Origin: Gemmatimonadota bacterium | Lineage (GTDB): Bacteria > Gemmatimonadota > Gemmatimonadetes > Palauibacterales > KS3-K002 | Assembly: GCA_039586495.1 (NCBI GenBank) | Contig: JBDHKG010000001.1 | Coordinates: forward strand, 19,355 to 83,354 | DNA length: 64,000 nucleotides | Reading direction: 5' to 3' | In this document: one piece after another, positions 48,504 to 56,759 of the stretch | Position numbering within the stretch: position 1 is the stretch's first letter | How the letters are laid out: every line of letters begins with the position of its first letter | Position numbers and translations under genes: made by a program | Notes under the pieces: generated by a model | The model's input: only the letters and a program-made list of their open reading frames with translations | Databases searched by the model: none | Told to the model about the DNA's origin: nothing

Positions 48504-49403
48504 ATGTTTGTACCGCAGCGCCGCCTGCCTATCGTCTGGCACGAAGGCTACGAGGCTGACATCGGGCCCCACGTCTTCCCAACCCGCAAGTACCAGTGGG
48601 CCCGCGATCGGCTGATCGGCGACGGCACGATCGCCGAGGCCGACATCCGGCGCCCGGACCCGGTCAGCGATGAGCAGGTTGCCCTGGTCCACACGCCGGC
48701 GTACCTGGAGAAGATCAAGCATAACGCCTTTTCCTGGCAGGATGTCATGATCCTCGAGGTGCCGTTCTCGCCGGAACTGCGGGAGGCTATGTGGCTCTGC
48801 GCCGGCGGCTCCATCCTGGCGGGACGGCTGGCGCTGGAGCACGGGCTGGCAGTCCACCTGGGCGGCGGCTTTCACCACGCTTTCCCCGACCACGGCGAGG
48901 GATTCTGCCTGATCAACGACGTGGCTATCGCCCTGCGGGTGCTGCGGCGCGAAGGGTTGATCGGACGGGCGGTCGTTCTCGACTGCGATCTCCACCACGG
49001 CAACGGCACCGCGGCCATCTTCAGGGACGAACCCGAGGTGTTCACTTTCTCGATCCACCAGCAGCACAACTACCCCAGGCTGGCGAATGGTACGGGAGAT
49101 GAGGCGTATCTTGCGCTGTTAGAAACGCATGTTCCGCAGATCCTCACCGAACAGCGGCCTGACCTCGCCTTCTACCTCGCCGGCGCCGATCCCTACCTAG
49201 AGGATCAGCTGGGTGGGCTGAGGCTGAGCCGCGATGGCCTGCGCCGGCGCGACGAGCTCATCTTCCGCCTGACGCGTGCGGCAGGCGTGCCTGTGGCCGT
49301 GGCCCTGGCCGGCGGCTACGCCCGCCGCTTCGAGGACACGGTGGAAATCCACTGCGCGACGGTGCGCGCCGCGCAGCGCCAGCTAGAGGGCGCCGGCTCG
49401 TAG
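48504..49403 (+). CDS. histone-deacetylase-family protein (AcuC/HDAC-like)
   Basis: RBS GGAGGAAACGG. HLGGGFHHAFPDHGEGFCLINDVAIA ... DLHHGNGT has the zinc-binding D/H residues of arginase/deacetylase-fold HDACs. Confidence 0.75.
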   Translation: MFVPQRRLPIVWHEGYEADIGPHVFPTRKYQWARDRLIGDGTIAEADIRRPDPVSDEQVALVHTPAYLEKIKHNAFSWQDVMILEVPFSPELREAMWLCAGGSILAGRLALEHGLAVHLGGGFHHAFPDHGEGFCLINDVAIALRVLRREGLIGRAVVLDCDLHHGNGTAAIFRDEPEVFTFSIHQQHNYPRLANGTGDEAYLALLETHVPQILTEQRPDLAFYLAGADPYLEDQLGGLRLSRDGLRRRDELIFRLTRAAGVPVAVALAGGYARRFEDTVEIHCATVRAAQRQLEGAGS

Positions 49404-49427
49404 CCGGCTTGAGATGGGCTCGCCGGC

Positions 49428-50177
49428 TCAGTCTCGGCCGTGGTGCTTCAGGCTCAGCAGCAGCCCATAATCCCACGCCTTCCCGAGGCCGAAGAAGACT
49501 TCGGTGTCGTCGGCCAGATTCAGCGTGGCTGAGGTCACGTCCTCGAGGGACGTGAAGCAGGCCCGCATCAGCGAGACGAACGAGCCATTCCGCTCGTGCC
49601 GCTTGTCGAGCGCGCGCGTGAGCGGGAAGAGCGGAAGGATAGATAGCGCTGGGGGAAGAACGGTAGCGTGGCCAGAGTGCACCCCGGGGCTGAGGGCTCC
49701 CGGCTCCACTTCCGCGAAACCACCGGCGCCGTCACCTAGGGTCCAGTCCCAGCCGAGCAGGGGGATCGCGTTGTGAGCTGCGCCGGCACCTGCCGCCACA
49801 GGTTTATCCAGCAGCGAGAGCGCGAGCCCGGCGTCGAGACTCAGGCCTCCTGCACCGCTCGCACGCGAAAGACGGAAGCCCGCTTCGAGGCTGACGCTGC
49901 TCAGCCAGGTGCTGAGGCCCGAGCTGAACGTACTCCGCGTGACCGCGCCAAGGCTCCTGATCGGCAGGTCGAGTTCCTCGGCCGTCTCGCCGCCCGACGC
50001 CGGGCCTGCCACGCTCGCGCGGAACACGGGGCTGAGCGGTGCTTCTGGCCCCGCGGGCTGGGACTGGGCGCGGAGGGAGGAAGAGTTGAGGGCTCCGAGA
50101 CAGGAGGCGGTGAGCATCAACCAGCCGAGCGTTCTCAGCGCGGAGCCTGAGCCTGGGGAGTTCCTAACGTTCGTCAT
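49428..50177 (-). CDS. hypothetical secreted protein (Ala/Gly/Ser/Leu-rich)
   Basis: Signal peptide LRTLGWLMLTASCLGAL. No recognisable domain. Confidence 0.35.
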   Translation of the reverse strand: MTNVRNSPGSGSALRTLGWLMLTASCLGALNSSSLRAQSQPAGPEAPLSPVFRASVAGPASGGETAEELDLPIRSLGAVTRSTFSSGLSTWLSSVSLEAGFRLSRASGAGGLSLDAGLALSLLDKPVAAGAGAAHNAIPLLGWDWTLGDGAGGFAEVEPGALSPGVHSGHATVLPPALSILPLFPLTRALDKRHERNGSFVSLMRACFTSLEDVTSATLNLADDTEVFFGLGKAWDYGLLLSLKHHGRD

Positions 50178-50329
50178 GATCCGGCCCTCTAGGCTGGGGT
50201 GGGCGGCGCGCGGACCGCTAATGATTATCCTTACTTAATAACCCGCGCAAGGCCCGCAGGGTTCCAACGCCCAACGCCCAGGTCGAGCAGCAGTGTTCCC
50301 TTGCTATGACGAGTGAAATACCTATGCTT

Positions 50330-50412
50330 CCCGGTGACAGGGGTGCTGGGGAGTTTCCCGGCTGAGATCACACCCTAGAACCTGATCCGGGTAATGCCGG
50401 CGCAGGGAGTCA
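50330..50412 (+). ncRNA. TPP (THI-box) riboswitch with SD-sequestering expression platform
   Basis: ACAGGGGTGCtggggagtttcccgGCTGAGAtcACACCCTaGAACCTGATCCGGGTAATGCCGGCGCAGGGAG matches the THI-element consensus (GGGGTGC...CUGAGA...ACCCU.GAACCUGAUC.GG.UAAUGCC.GCG.AGGGA). Downstream, CACCTCCGCAGGGAGG can pair CCTCC with the GGAGG SD of tenA (ATG 50477). Confidence 0.8.
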
Positions 50413-50476
50413 GGCAACCCCCTCCATCCCTCTCTGCCTGTAGCCAGTCGTTCACCTCCGCAGGGAGGAATGAGTC

Positions 50477-51130
50477 ATGAGCTTCTGTGCTGAGCAGCTC
50501 GCTCGCGTGCAGCCGATCTGGGAGCGGATGCTCGACCACCGCTTCCTCAGGGAGACGCGTGACGGCACGATCGCCCACGAGACGTTCGCCAACTGGATGC
50601 GCCAGGACTACCTGTTCGTGGAGGCGGCGATCCCATTCATCGCGGCGCTGTTGCCGAAGGCGCCAAGGCATCACCGGGTGGCGTTGGGAATGGCGATCCC
50701 CACGCTTGAAAGGGAACTGGAGCTGTTCCGTGAGCGGGCGGAGGCCGCCGGGGTCGACCTGGTGAACGTGCAGCCTTCGTTTACCAACCACGCGTACGTG
50801 CAGTTTCTGATAGCGAGCGCCTATTCCAAGTCGTACGTTGAGGCGTACACCGTCCTGTACGTCGCTGAGAAGGCCTACTACGACTCGTGGATGGTGGTGA
50901 GAGCGGGCATCGATCCAAATTCGATCTGGTACGCGTTCGTGGAGAACTGGACCAGCGACGCCTTCGCCGGCTGGGTGGCCTACCTGGAGGAGCAGCTCGA
51001 TGCGCTGGCGGAGGGCGTCGGGCCAGCGGAGCGTGAGCGGATGACCGAGCTCTTCGAACTCACCGCCAAGTACGAGGTGGCCTTTTGGGAGATGGCGGCG
51101 ACGGGCGAAGCCTGGCCGGGTCTGGGCTAG
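50477..51130 (+). CDS. tenA: TenA/thiaminase-II family protein (aminopyrimidine aminohydrolase)
   Basis: IWERMLDHRFLRETRDGTIAHETFANWMRQDYLFV is the TenA N-terminal signature. 217 aa. A TPP riboswitch precedes it. Confidence 0.8.
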   Translation: MSFCAEQLARVQPIWERMLDHRFLRETRDGTIAHETFANWMRQDYLFVEAAIPFIAALLPKAPRHHRVALGMAIPTLERELELFRERAEAAGVDLVNVQPSFTNHAYVQFLIASAYSKSYVEAYTVLYVAEKAYYDSWMVVRAGIDPNSIWYAFVENWTSDAFAGWVAYLEEQLDALAEGVGPAERERMTELFELTAKYEVAFWEMAATGEAWPGLG

Positions 51131-52740
51131 GAGGTGGTCTCATGGCGTTCACGGACGAGTTGTACGCGGCGGCGAAGCCGATCTGGGACGCCCAGCTCGA
51201 GCACCGTTTCGTGGAGGGGATCGGCGACGGGAAGCTGGACGAGGAGCGGTTCAAGCGCTGGGTGCTGCAAGACTACCGCTACCTGAAGGAGTTCGCCCGC
51301 ATCTTCGCCTGGGCGGTGGCGAAGTCCGAGGACCTGGCGTCGATGAGCTGGTACGCGGCGGTGCTGAACCTGACGCTCAATACCGAGATGGAGCTGCACC
51401 GCAAGTACGCGGCGCGCTTCGGTCTCACGCCCGAGGACTTGGAATCGGCGCCCATGTGGCCGACCACCCGGGCCTACACCGACTTCCTGGTGCGCACGGC
51501 GGGGGACGGGGACATGGCCGACCTGGTGGCAGCGCTCCTCCCCTGTGCCTGGGGCTACGTCTACATCGCGCAAGCGCTGGTGAGGCGCGAGGCGCCCGAG
51601 GACCAGCGCTACGCTGATTGGATCGAGCAGTACGCGTCGGTGGAGTTCGCCGAGGCTGCCGATTGGCTGAAGGCGGAGATGAACCGACTGGCGGAGGGCG
51701 CGCCAGCGGAGAAGAGGCGGCGGCTGACCGAGTTGTTCGTCCTCTCCAGCCGCTACGAGTGGCAATTCTGGGAGATGTGCTGGAAGGGCGAGATCGGCCA
51801 GTTTACCCCAGGCGACCTCGGCGATCGCCGCGTCCTGGGCGCCGACGCCGGTCAGGTCGCAGATGATCAGCTCATCTCCTTCGCGGCCTGGTTTCCTCCC
51901 CGTCAGCACCTCGCCCAACTCGGCGTGCACGGACTCCGGCTTCAGTGCACCTTCCGCGACCGCGTGGTGAAGCTCGCCCAACTCCAAGCACTGGCTCAGC
52001 CGGTCGACGACGATCTTGCCGGCCCGTGCCAGGACCGCTGTGGGTAGCTCCCGCTTGTCGGGCCCGTCGGAGCCCACGGCGATCACGGACGCATGAGGTG
52101 AGAGAGCCGAGGCGTCGAACAGCGGCTCGCGGCTCGGGGTCACGGTGATCACCAGGTCAGCGCCCCGTAGCGCTTGCTCCGGGCTCGCGGCCGCCGCGAA
52201 GGGAATTCTGAGCTCGCTTTGCATCTCGTCACAGTAACGGCTGACGCGATCCGGGTTGCGGCTCCAGGCGCTCGTCCGCTCCCAGCGGCGCACCTGGGAC
52301 AGTGCCCGCAGCTGGTAGCGCGCCTGAATGCCGCTGCCCAGCACGGCGACTGTGGCGAGCGACTCCGGTGCCAGTAGCCTAGCGGCCAGGGCGCCGGCGG
52401 CCGCGGTGCGCAGGTCGGTGAGATAGCCGTGGTCGTCCAGCAGAGCGAGGGGGAAGCCGGTCTGGGCGTCGAAGACGAGGATCAACCCGGCACCGCTGGG
52501 GAGACCGCGCGCGGTGTTCTGGTAGAAACCGGTGGCGATCTTGACGGCGAAGATGGGCGACCCGACAAGATGCGCCGACTTGACGTGGACCTCGCCCTCG
52601 ACCTCCGGTACGCTCAGGCCCATAGGCGGAGGCAGCTGCACCGCGCCGTCGGCCAGGGCACGAAACGCCTTCTCCGCCGAGGCTAGGGCCTCGGGCTCGC
52701 GGATTGCCGCGCGGATGGCTTCTTCTCGCACGATCTGCAT
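51127..52740 (-). CDS. ornithine cyclodeaminase/mu-crystallin family protein (homology-supported core ~51790..52740)
   Basis: Rossmann motif VAVLGSGIQARYQL. C-terminal OCD motif ELIICDLTGVGAQDAAIAEV. No in-frame stop occurs until 51127, so the predicted ORF runs a further ~220 codons antisense through tenA2. Confidence 0.6.
   Translation of the reverse strand: MQIVREEAIRAAIREPEALASAEKAFRALADGAVQLPPPMGLSVPEVEGEVHVKSAHLVGSPIFAVKIATGFYQNTARGLPSGAGLILVFDAQTGFPLALLDDHGYLTDLRTAAAGALAARLLAPESLATVAVLGSGIQARYQLRALSQVRRWERTSAWSRNPDRVSRYCDEMQSELRIPFAAAASPEQALRGADLVITVTPSREPLFDASALSPHASVIAVGSDGPDKRELPTAVLARAGKIVVDRLSQCLELGELHHAVAEGALKPESVHAELGEVLTGRKPGREGDELIICDLTGVGAQDAAIAEVAWGKLADLALPAHLPELPLVAAGEDEQLGQPPPLLRWRALRQSVHLRLQPIGSLGELHRRVLLDPISVALVLGRLAPHQRLRDVDVAPGTGEERCHQVGHVPVPRRAHQEVGVGPGGRPHGRRFQVLGRETEARRVLAVQLHLGIERQVQHRRVPAHRRQVLGLRHRPGEDAGELLQVAVVLQHPALEPLLVQLPVADPLHETVLELGVPDRLRRRVQLVRERHETTS
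51142..52047 (+). CDS. second TenA/thiaminase-II family protein, with anomalous C-terminal extension
   Basis: IWDAQLEHRFVEGIGDGKLDEERFKRWVLQDYRYL...FWEMCWKGE has TenA homology through ~51800. The reading frame then stays open to 52047, antisense to the OCD C-terminal domain. Confidence 0.65.
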   Translation: MAFTDELYAAAKPIWDAQLEHRFVEGIGDGKLDEERFKRWVLQDYRYLKEFARIFAWAVAKSEDLASMSWYAAVLNLTLNTEMELHRKYAARFGLTPEDLESAPMWPTTRAYTDFLVRTAGDGDMADLVAALLPCAWGYVYIAQALVRREAPEDQRYADWIEQYASVEFAEAADWLKAEMNRLAEGAPAEKRRRLTELFVLSSRYEWQFWEMCWKGEIGQFTPGDLGDRRVLGADAGQVADDQLISFAAWFPPRQHLAQLGVHGLRLQCTFRDRVVKLAQLQALAQPVDDDLAGPCQDRCG

Positions 52741-52802
52741 GGTTGCGATCTCCCTATCTCTTGTCGGCTAAGTGTAAGCAGCCGGGGCGCCTCGTCCGCG
52801 GT

Positions 52803-53381
52803 CTAGAGGACGCGGCGCATGAGGGGCCGCGTTTCGGAACGGCGGGCGACCTCGGCGAAGTCCGCGTCCCGAAATGCCGACGCGAGTCCGGTCCACGCGA
52901 AGACGTCTGACATCCGCCCCTTCTTCGGCTCCACGGGGTAGCCCTCCAGAATACGCGCGCCCTGCTTGCGGGCGTGTGCGATTGCGGCCTCAAGCAGGCG
53001 GCGCGACACGCCAGCGCGGCGGTGCTCCTTGGCGATGTAGAAACAGGGGACCGACCAGACAGGCTCGTCGTCTACCCGCTTAAGCACACGCGAGCGGTCC
53101 AGCCCGGGGAACTTGTCGCGCGGCTGGACGGCGCACCAGCCAACCGGCTCTTGGCCCACGTAGGCGAGCAGGCCGGGGACCGCGCCCGAAAGGACGATCT
53201 TCTTGAAGGCTCGTTTGTTCGGGGCGCCCTTCCGCTTCTCGAATTGTGAGCGCGGCAGCCGCCACCACATGCACCAGCAGCCGCCGCAGGCGCCGCGTGG
53301 GCCGAAGAGGCATTCCAGGTCGGGCCAGCGATCGGGGGTCAGCGGGCGAACTGTCACCTTCTTGCTCTTGCTACCAGGCAT
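52803..53381 (-). CDS. GNAT-family N-acetyltransferase
   Basis: Met 53381. The acetyl-CoA-binding motif is RRAGVSRRLLEAAIAHARKQGA in a GNAT fold. 192 aa. Confidence 0.6.
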   Translation of the reverse strand: MPGSKSKKVTVRPLTPDRWPDLECLFGPRGACGGCWCMWWRLPRSQFEKRKGAPNKRAFKKIVLSGAVPGLLAYVGQEPVGWCAVQPRDKFPGLDRSRVLKRVDDEPVWSVPCFYIAKEHRRAGVSRRLLEAAIAHARKQGARILEGYPVEPKKGRMSDVFAWTGLASAFRDADFAEVARRSETRPLMRRVL

Positions 53382-53615
53382 TCGTCGTCCACCGTCTTTG
53401 CGCTTTGAGCAGGTCAGGGGTGAAACACAGCCAGGAATCCGGTTCAGCAAACTGGGCAGCCGGTAGGGTCCCGGCAACGAGTCTGCGGTGGAACGAGGAT
53501 GGCCGCGCCCAGCCGGCGTAACGAAGCGACCGCTGGACGCCAGCGAGCTCAGTGCACATCTTGCCGCCGGTCCCATCTGGACACGAACGACTGCAACTGT
53601 TACCACGGCGGAGCG

Positions 53616-55292
53616 ATGACGAACGTGAGCGAGCCGTTGAAGGCCATCAAGCCGTCGGACTACCAGCCAGCCCTTCCGCTGAACCGTCTCATCCTCAAGG
53701 AGTCGCCGGGCGAGGAAGCCGTCCCAATGGACGTCCTGTTCGTCGGCGGCGGTCCTGCCGGTCTCGCCGGCGCCATCGAGTTGGCGCGACTCGTCCGGCA
53801 GGAGAAAGAGCAGGGTGGGGAACTGGGCGAGCTTGAGATTGGTGTGCTGGAAAAGGCCGGGTCGCTGGGCGAGCACTGCCTGTCAGGCGCCGTGGTGAAT
53901 CCGCGCGCCTTCAGCGAACTCTTCCCGAATGTTCCCGAGCAGGAGTTCCCGTTCCGGCGACCGGCGCCGAAGGACCGGGTCTATCTGCTCACAGAGAAGG
54001 GTAAGACGCGCATCCCCACGCCGCCCAGCATGCACAACAAGGGCAACTATGTGGCGTCGATCTGCGAGATCGTGCGCTGGATGGGGGAGCGCGCCGAGGA
54101 GATGGGCGTGAACGTGTTCACCGGCTTTCCCGCTGAGTCGCTCCTCGTGCAAGACGATCGAGTCATCGGCATCCGCACGACGCCGGTGGGGCTCGATCGC
54201 GAAGGCAAGCCCGGGAGCGGCTACGTGCTGCCCGCGGACGTGACGGCCCGGGTCAACGTGCTGGCGGAAGGGACGCGCGGTGCGCTGACGCAGGCCTTCC
54301 TCGAGTGGCAGCGGGTGAGATCGCCGAACCCACAGATCTACGCGCTCGGCGTGAAAGAGCTCTGGCAGGTGAAACGCCCGCTGAAACAGGTGATCCATAC
54401 TATGGGGTGGCCGTTGACGAGGGACACGTTCGGCGGCGGCTGGCTCTACCCGATGGCTGACGATCTCATCTCGCTCGGCCTGGTCGTCGGGCTCGACTAC
54501 CGGCAGCACTCGCTGGACGTGCACGTGCTGCTTCAGAAGCTGAAGGAACACCCGCTGGTCGCGCCGTATCTCGAGGGCGGTGAGCTGGTGGAGTGGGGCG
54601 CGAAGACGATTCCGGAGGGCGGCTATTACTCGATCCCCGACCGCTTGCACGGGGACGGCTTGCTCATCGCCGGTGACGCTGCCGGCTTCGTCGATGTCCC
54701 ATCGCTCAAGGGGGTCCACTACGCCGTCCAGTCGGGCATCTTCGCCGCCCGCACAATCTTCGAGGCACTGAAGAAGGACGATACCTCCGCCAGCGGCCTC
54801 GCCGGTTACGACGCTTTGGTGCACGACAGCTTCATCGGCAAGGACCTCTACCGCACTCGTAACATGCGGCTCGCCTTCAAATCGGGGTTCTTCGGTGGCG
54901 GCATGAGGGCCGCGATCATGACCGCGACCCGAGGCGCTGGACTGGGCGGCCGCATCCCCGTAGCACCGGATGCCGAGGAACCACGGCAGGTGACGCCGGC
55001 GCCGGAATTCACGCCGGACGGCCAGCGCACGCTGAGCAAGCTGGACGCCGTGTTCCGCTCCGGGAACGTGACGCGCGACGATATCCCGTCGCACCTGGTG
55101 GTGGGTGAAGACGTACCGCGTGAGGTAGCGGAGTTCTACGTGCACATGTGCCCGGCAGGCGTCTATGAGCTTGAGGGCGACAAGCTGGTCGTCGCCGCGC
55201 CTAACTGCGTCGACTGCAAGGCCACGGATATCCTGGGGCCCCGCTGGACGCCCCGGGAAGGCGGGAGCGGACCGGCCTACAAGCGCATGTAG
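53616..55292 (+). CDS. electron-transfer flavoprotein:ubiquinone oxidoreductase (ETF-QO)
   Basis: FAD GxGxxG motif VLFVGGGPAGLAGAIEL. C-terminal 4Fe-4S ferredoxin-like motif HMCPAGVYE...APNCVDCKA. ~558 aa, the typical ETF-QO length. Confidence 0.8.
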   Translation: MTNVSEPLKAIKPSDYQPALPLNRLILKESPGEEAVPMDVLFVGGGPAGLAGAIELARLVRQEKEQGGELGELEIGVLEKAGSLGEHCLSGAVVNPRAFSELFPNVPEQEFPFRRPAPKDRVYLLTEKGKTRIPTPPSMHNKGNYVASICEIVRWMGERAEEMGVNVFTGFPAESLLVQDDRVIGIRTTPVGLDREGKPGSGYVLPADVTARVNVLAEGTRGALTQAFLEWQRVRSPNPQIYALGVKELWQVKRPLKQVIHTMGWPLTRDTFGGGWLYPMADDLISLGLVVGLDYRQHSLDVHVLLQKLKEHPLVAPYLEGGELVEWGAKTIPEGGYYSIPDRLHGDGLLIAGDAAGFVDVPSLKGVHYAVQSGIFAARTIFEALKKDDTSASGLAGYDALVHDSFIGKDLYRTRNMRLAFKSGFFGGGMRAAIMTATRGAGLGGRIPVAPDAEEPRQVTPAPEFTPDGQRTLSKLDAVFRSGNVTRDDIPSHLVVGEDVPREVAEFYVHMCPAGVYELEGDKLVVAAPNCVDCKATDILGPRWTPREGGSGPAYKRM

Positions 55293-55337
55293 CGGCCGAG
55301 CGCCGCGTTCCGCGCTGAAGTGGCGGCCTCGGCTGTG

Positions 55338-56510
55338 TCATCGATTCCGCACCAGGTCCATGAACTGAATCGGCCTGATCACGCGCAGCCCGTCACGTGA
55401 TCGGGCGGTGCTTTCCGTCAGCAGCGCCTCGATCTCGGCGAGCGTGAGGTCCGGAGCTACCTGCCAGGCCAGAGCTGAGAGCCCCGCAAGGTAGGGGATC
55501 GCCCAACTGTAGCCGCCTTCTCCCCAATAGACGTAGAGGTTCTGCCCGTTGTTCGAGGCAGTAGTACGGTAGTCGCCCGGCACGAGGATGGCCTCGGGTG
55601 ACATGTCTCTGCCCTTCAGCATCAGGGCCACCTCGTAGTTGGACGGGACGTTGCGATCCTCATAGGGCGAGCAGCCACCCCAAAGGAAGGGCCCGAACAC
55701 CTCGAGGCTAGAATAGATGACCTCGATCCCGGCCTGGTGGAGTCTTTGGAGGGCCGACTCCCATTCCTGGCGGTACGGATTGTCTCGGCCAATGCCGTCT
55801 GAGATGGACACGACTTTGATCTTCTCGTCGTCGCCCAGGGACTCGTTGAGCTCGATGATCCGATCGGCGGCGATCGAGTAGAAGCGGAAGTTCTTGCCGA
55901 TGTCGGGCACGGCGAAGTAGTGGATTGTCGCGTCCGGCGCGACGCCCACGGTCTTCCCGGCGAGGATCGAGGCGCAGGCGATCCCATGGAAATGCGGCGA
56001 CAGACCTTCCGTCTCGCCCTCGAAGACCTCGTGGTAGTGGATTCGCCGCTCGAACTCGCTGTGCCGATGTCGTATCGGCTTGTCGACGACGGCCACCGCG
56101 ATCCCCTTGCCGGTGATGCCCTGACGGTGGAGCTCTCGCACCCCCAGGCCCGGGTCCTTGCCTGTCTCCAGCAGCTCATGCGGCGCGAAACCGTCCGGCA
56201 GCAAGGCGGGCCGAGGCCACTTCGTGTTGCCGTCGAAGGTCAGCTGGGCGAGGAACGGCACCGAGAGGTTCGTGAGGTCCTTGTCGCTCAGGTCCTTCCC
56301 GGCGAAGCCCCAGATCCTGTCCGCCGACCCCTGTGGGAGAACGGGGAAGTCAGCCTCTCTGACGGTCTGAGGGAGCCACTCCGGGTCTATGCCCCACGGA
56401 TACTGGGCCACCTCCGGCGTCTGTTCGGCGCAGCCGCTAAGCAGGGCTGCCAGGGCGACAGCCACCCAGCGGGCCGAAGCGAGCGACCCCGATAGGGCGA
56501 TTCTCCTCAT
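55338..56510 (-). CDS. subtilisin-like (S8-family) serine peptidase lipoprotein
   Basis: Lipobox ALLSGC. The catalytic Asp (VAVVDKPI), His (HFHGIACASILAG) and Ser (GYSWAIPYLAGLSAL) all sit in S8-like contexts. Confidence 0.5.
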   Translation of the reverse strand: MRRIALSGSLASARWVAVALAALLSGCAEQTPEVAQYPWGIDPEWLPQTVREADFPVLPQGSADRIWGFAGKDLSDKDLTNLSVPFLAQLTFDGNTKWPRPALLPDGFAPHELLETGKDPGLGVRELHRQGITGKGIAVAVVDKPIRHRHSEFERRIHYHEVFEGETEGLSPHFHGIACASILAGKTVGVAPDATIHYFAVPDIGKNFRFYSIAADRIIELNESLGDDEKIKVVSISDGIGRDNPYRQEWESALQRLHQAGIEVIYSSLEVFGPFLWGGCSPYEDRNVPSNYEVALMLKGRDMSPEAILVPGDYRTTASNNGQNLYVYWGEGGYSWAIPYLAGLSALAWQVAPDLTLAEIEALLTESTARSRDGLRVIRPIQFMDLVRNR

Positions 56511-56759
56511 CGAACGCGGCTCCCTTGAGGTCTGCAAAGCCGTGATCGCAGGCTGCCGACTGTGCAAGCTAGACTGCCGCGTCTGGTAGGACCAGGCCTG
56601 CGGTTGCAGCCGCCGAAACAGCGCCTCGGGCTTGGGCGTAGTGCTTTGTGGGTCAACGAAAGGGCTGGTCTCCGCATCTAAGGTGTTGGGAAGCCTACAG
56701 CTGCCGATCCGTGGGGCAGTTTCCGCCGGCTCTCGGCGTTTGTGAAGCAGGGGGCAGGA

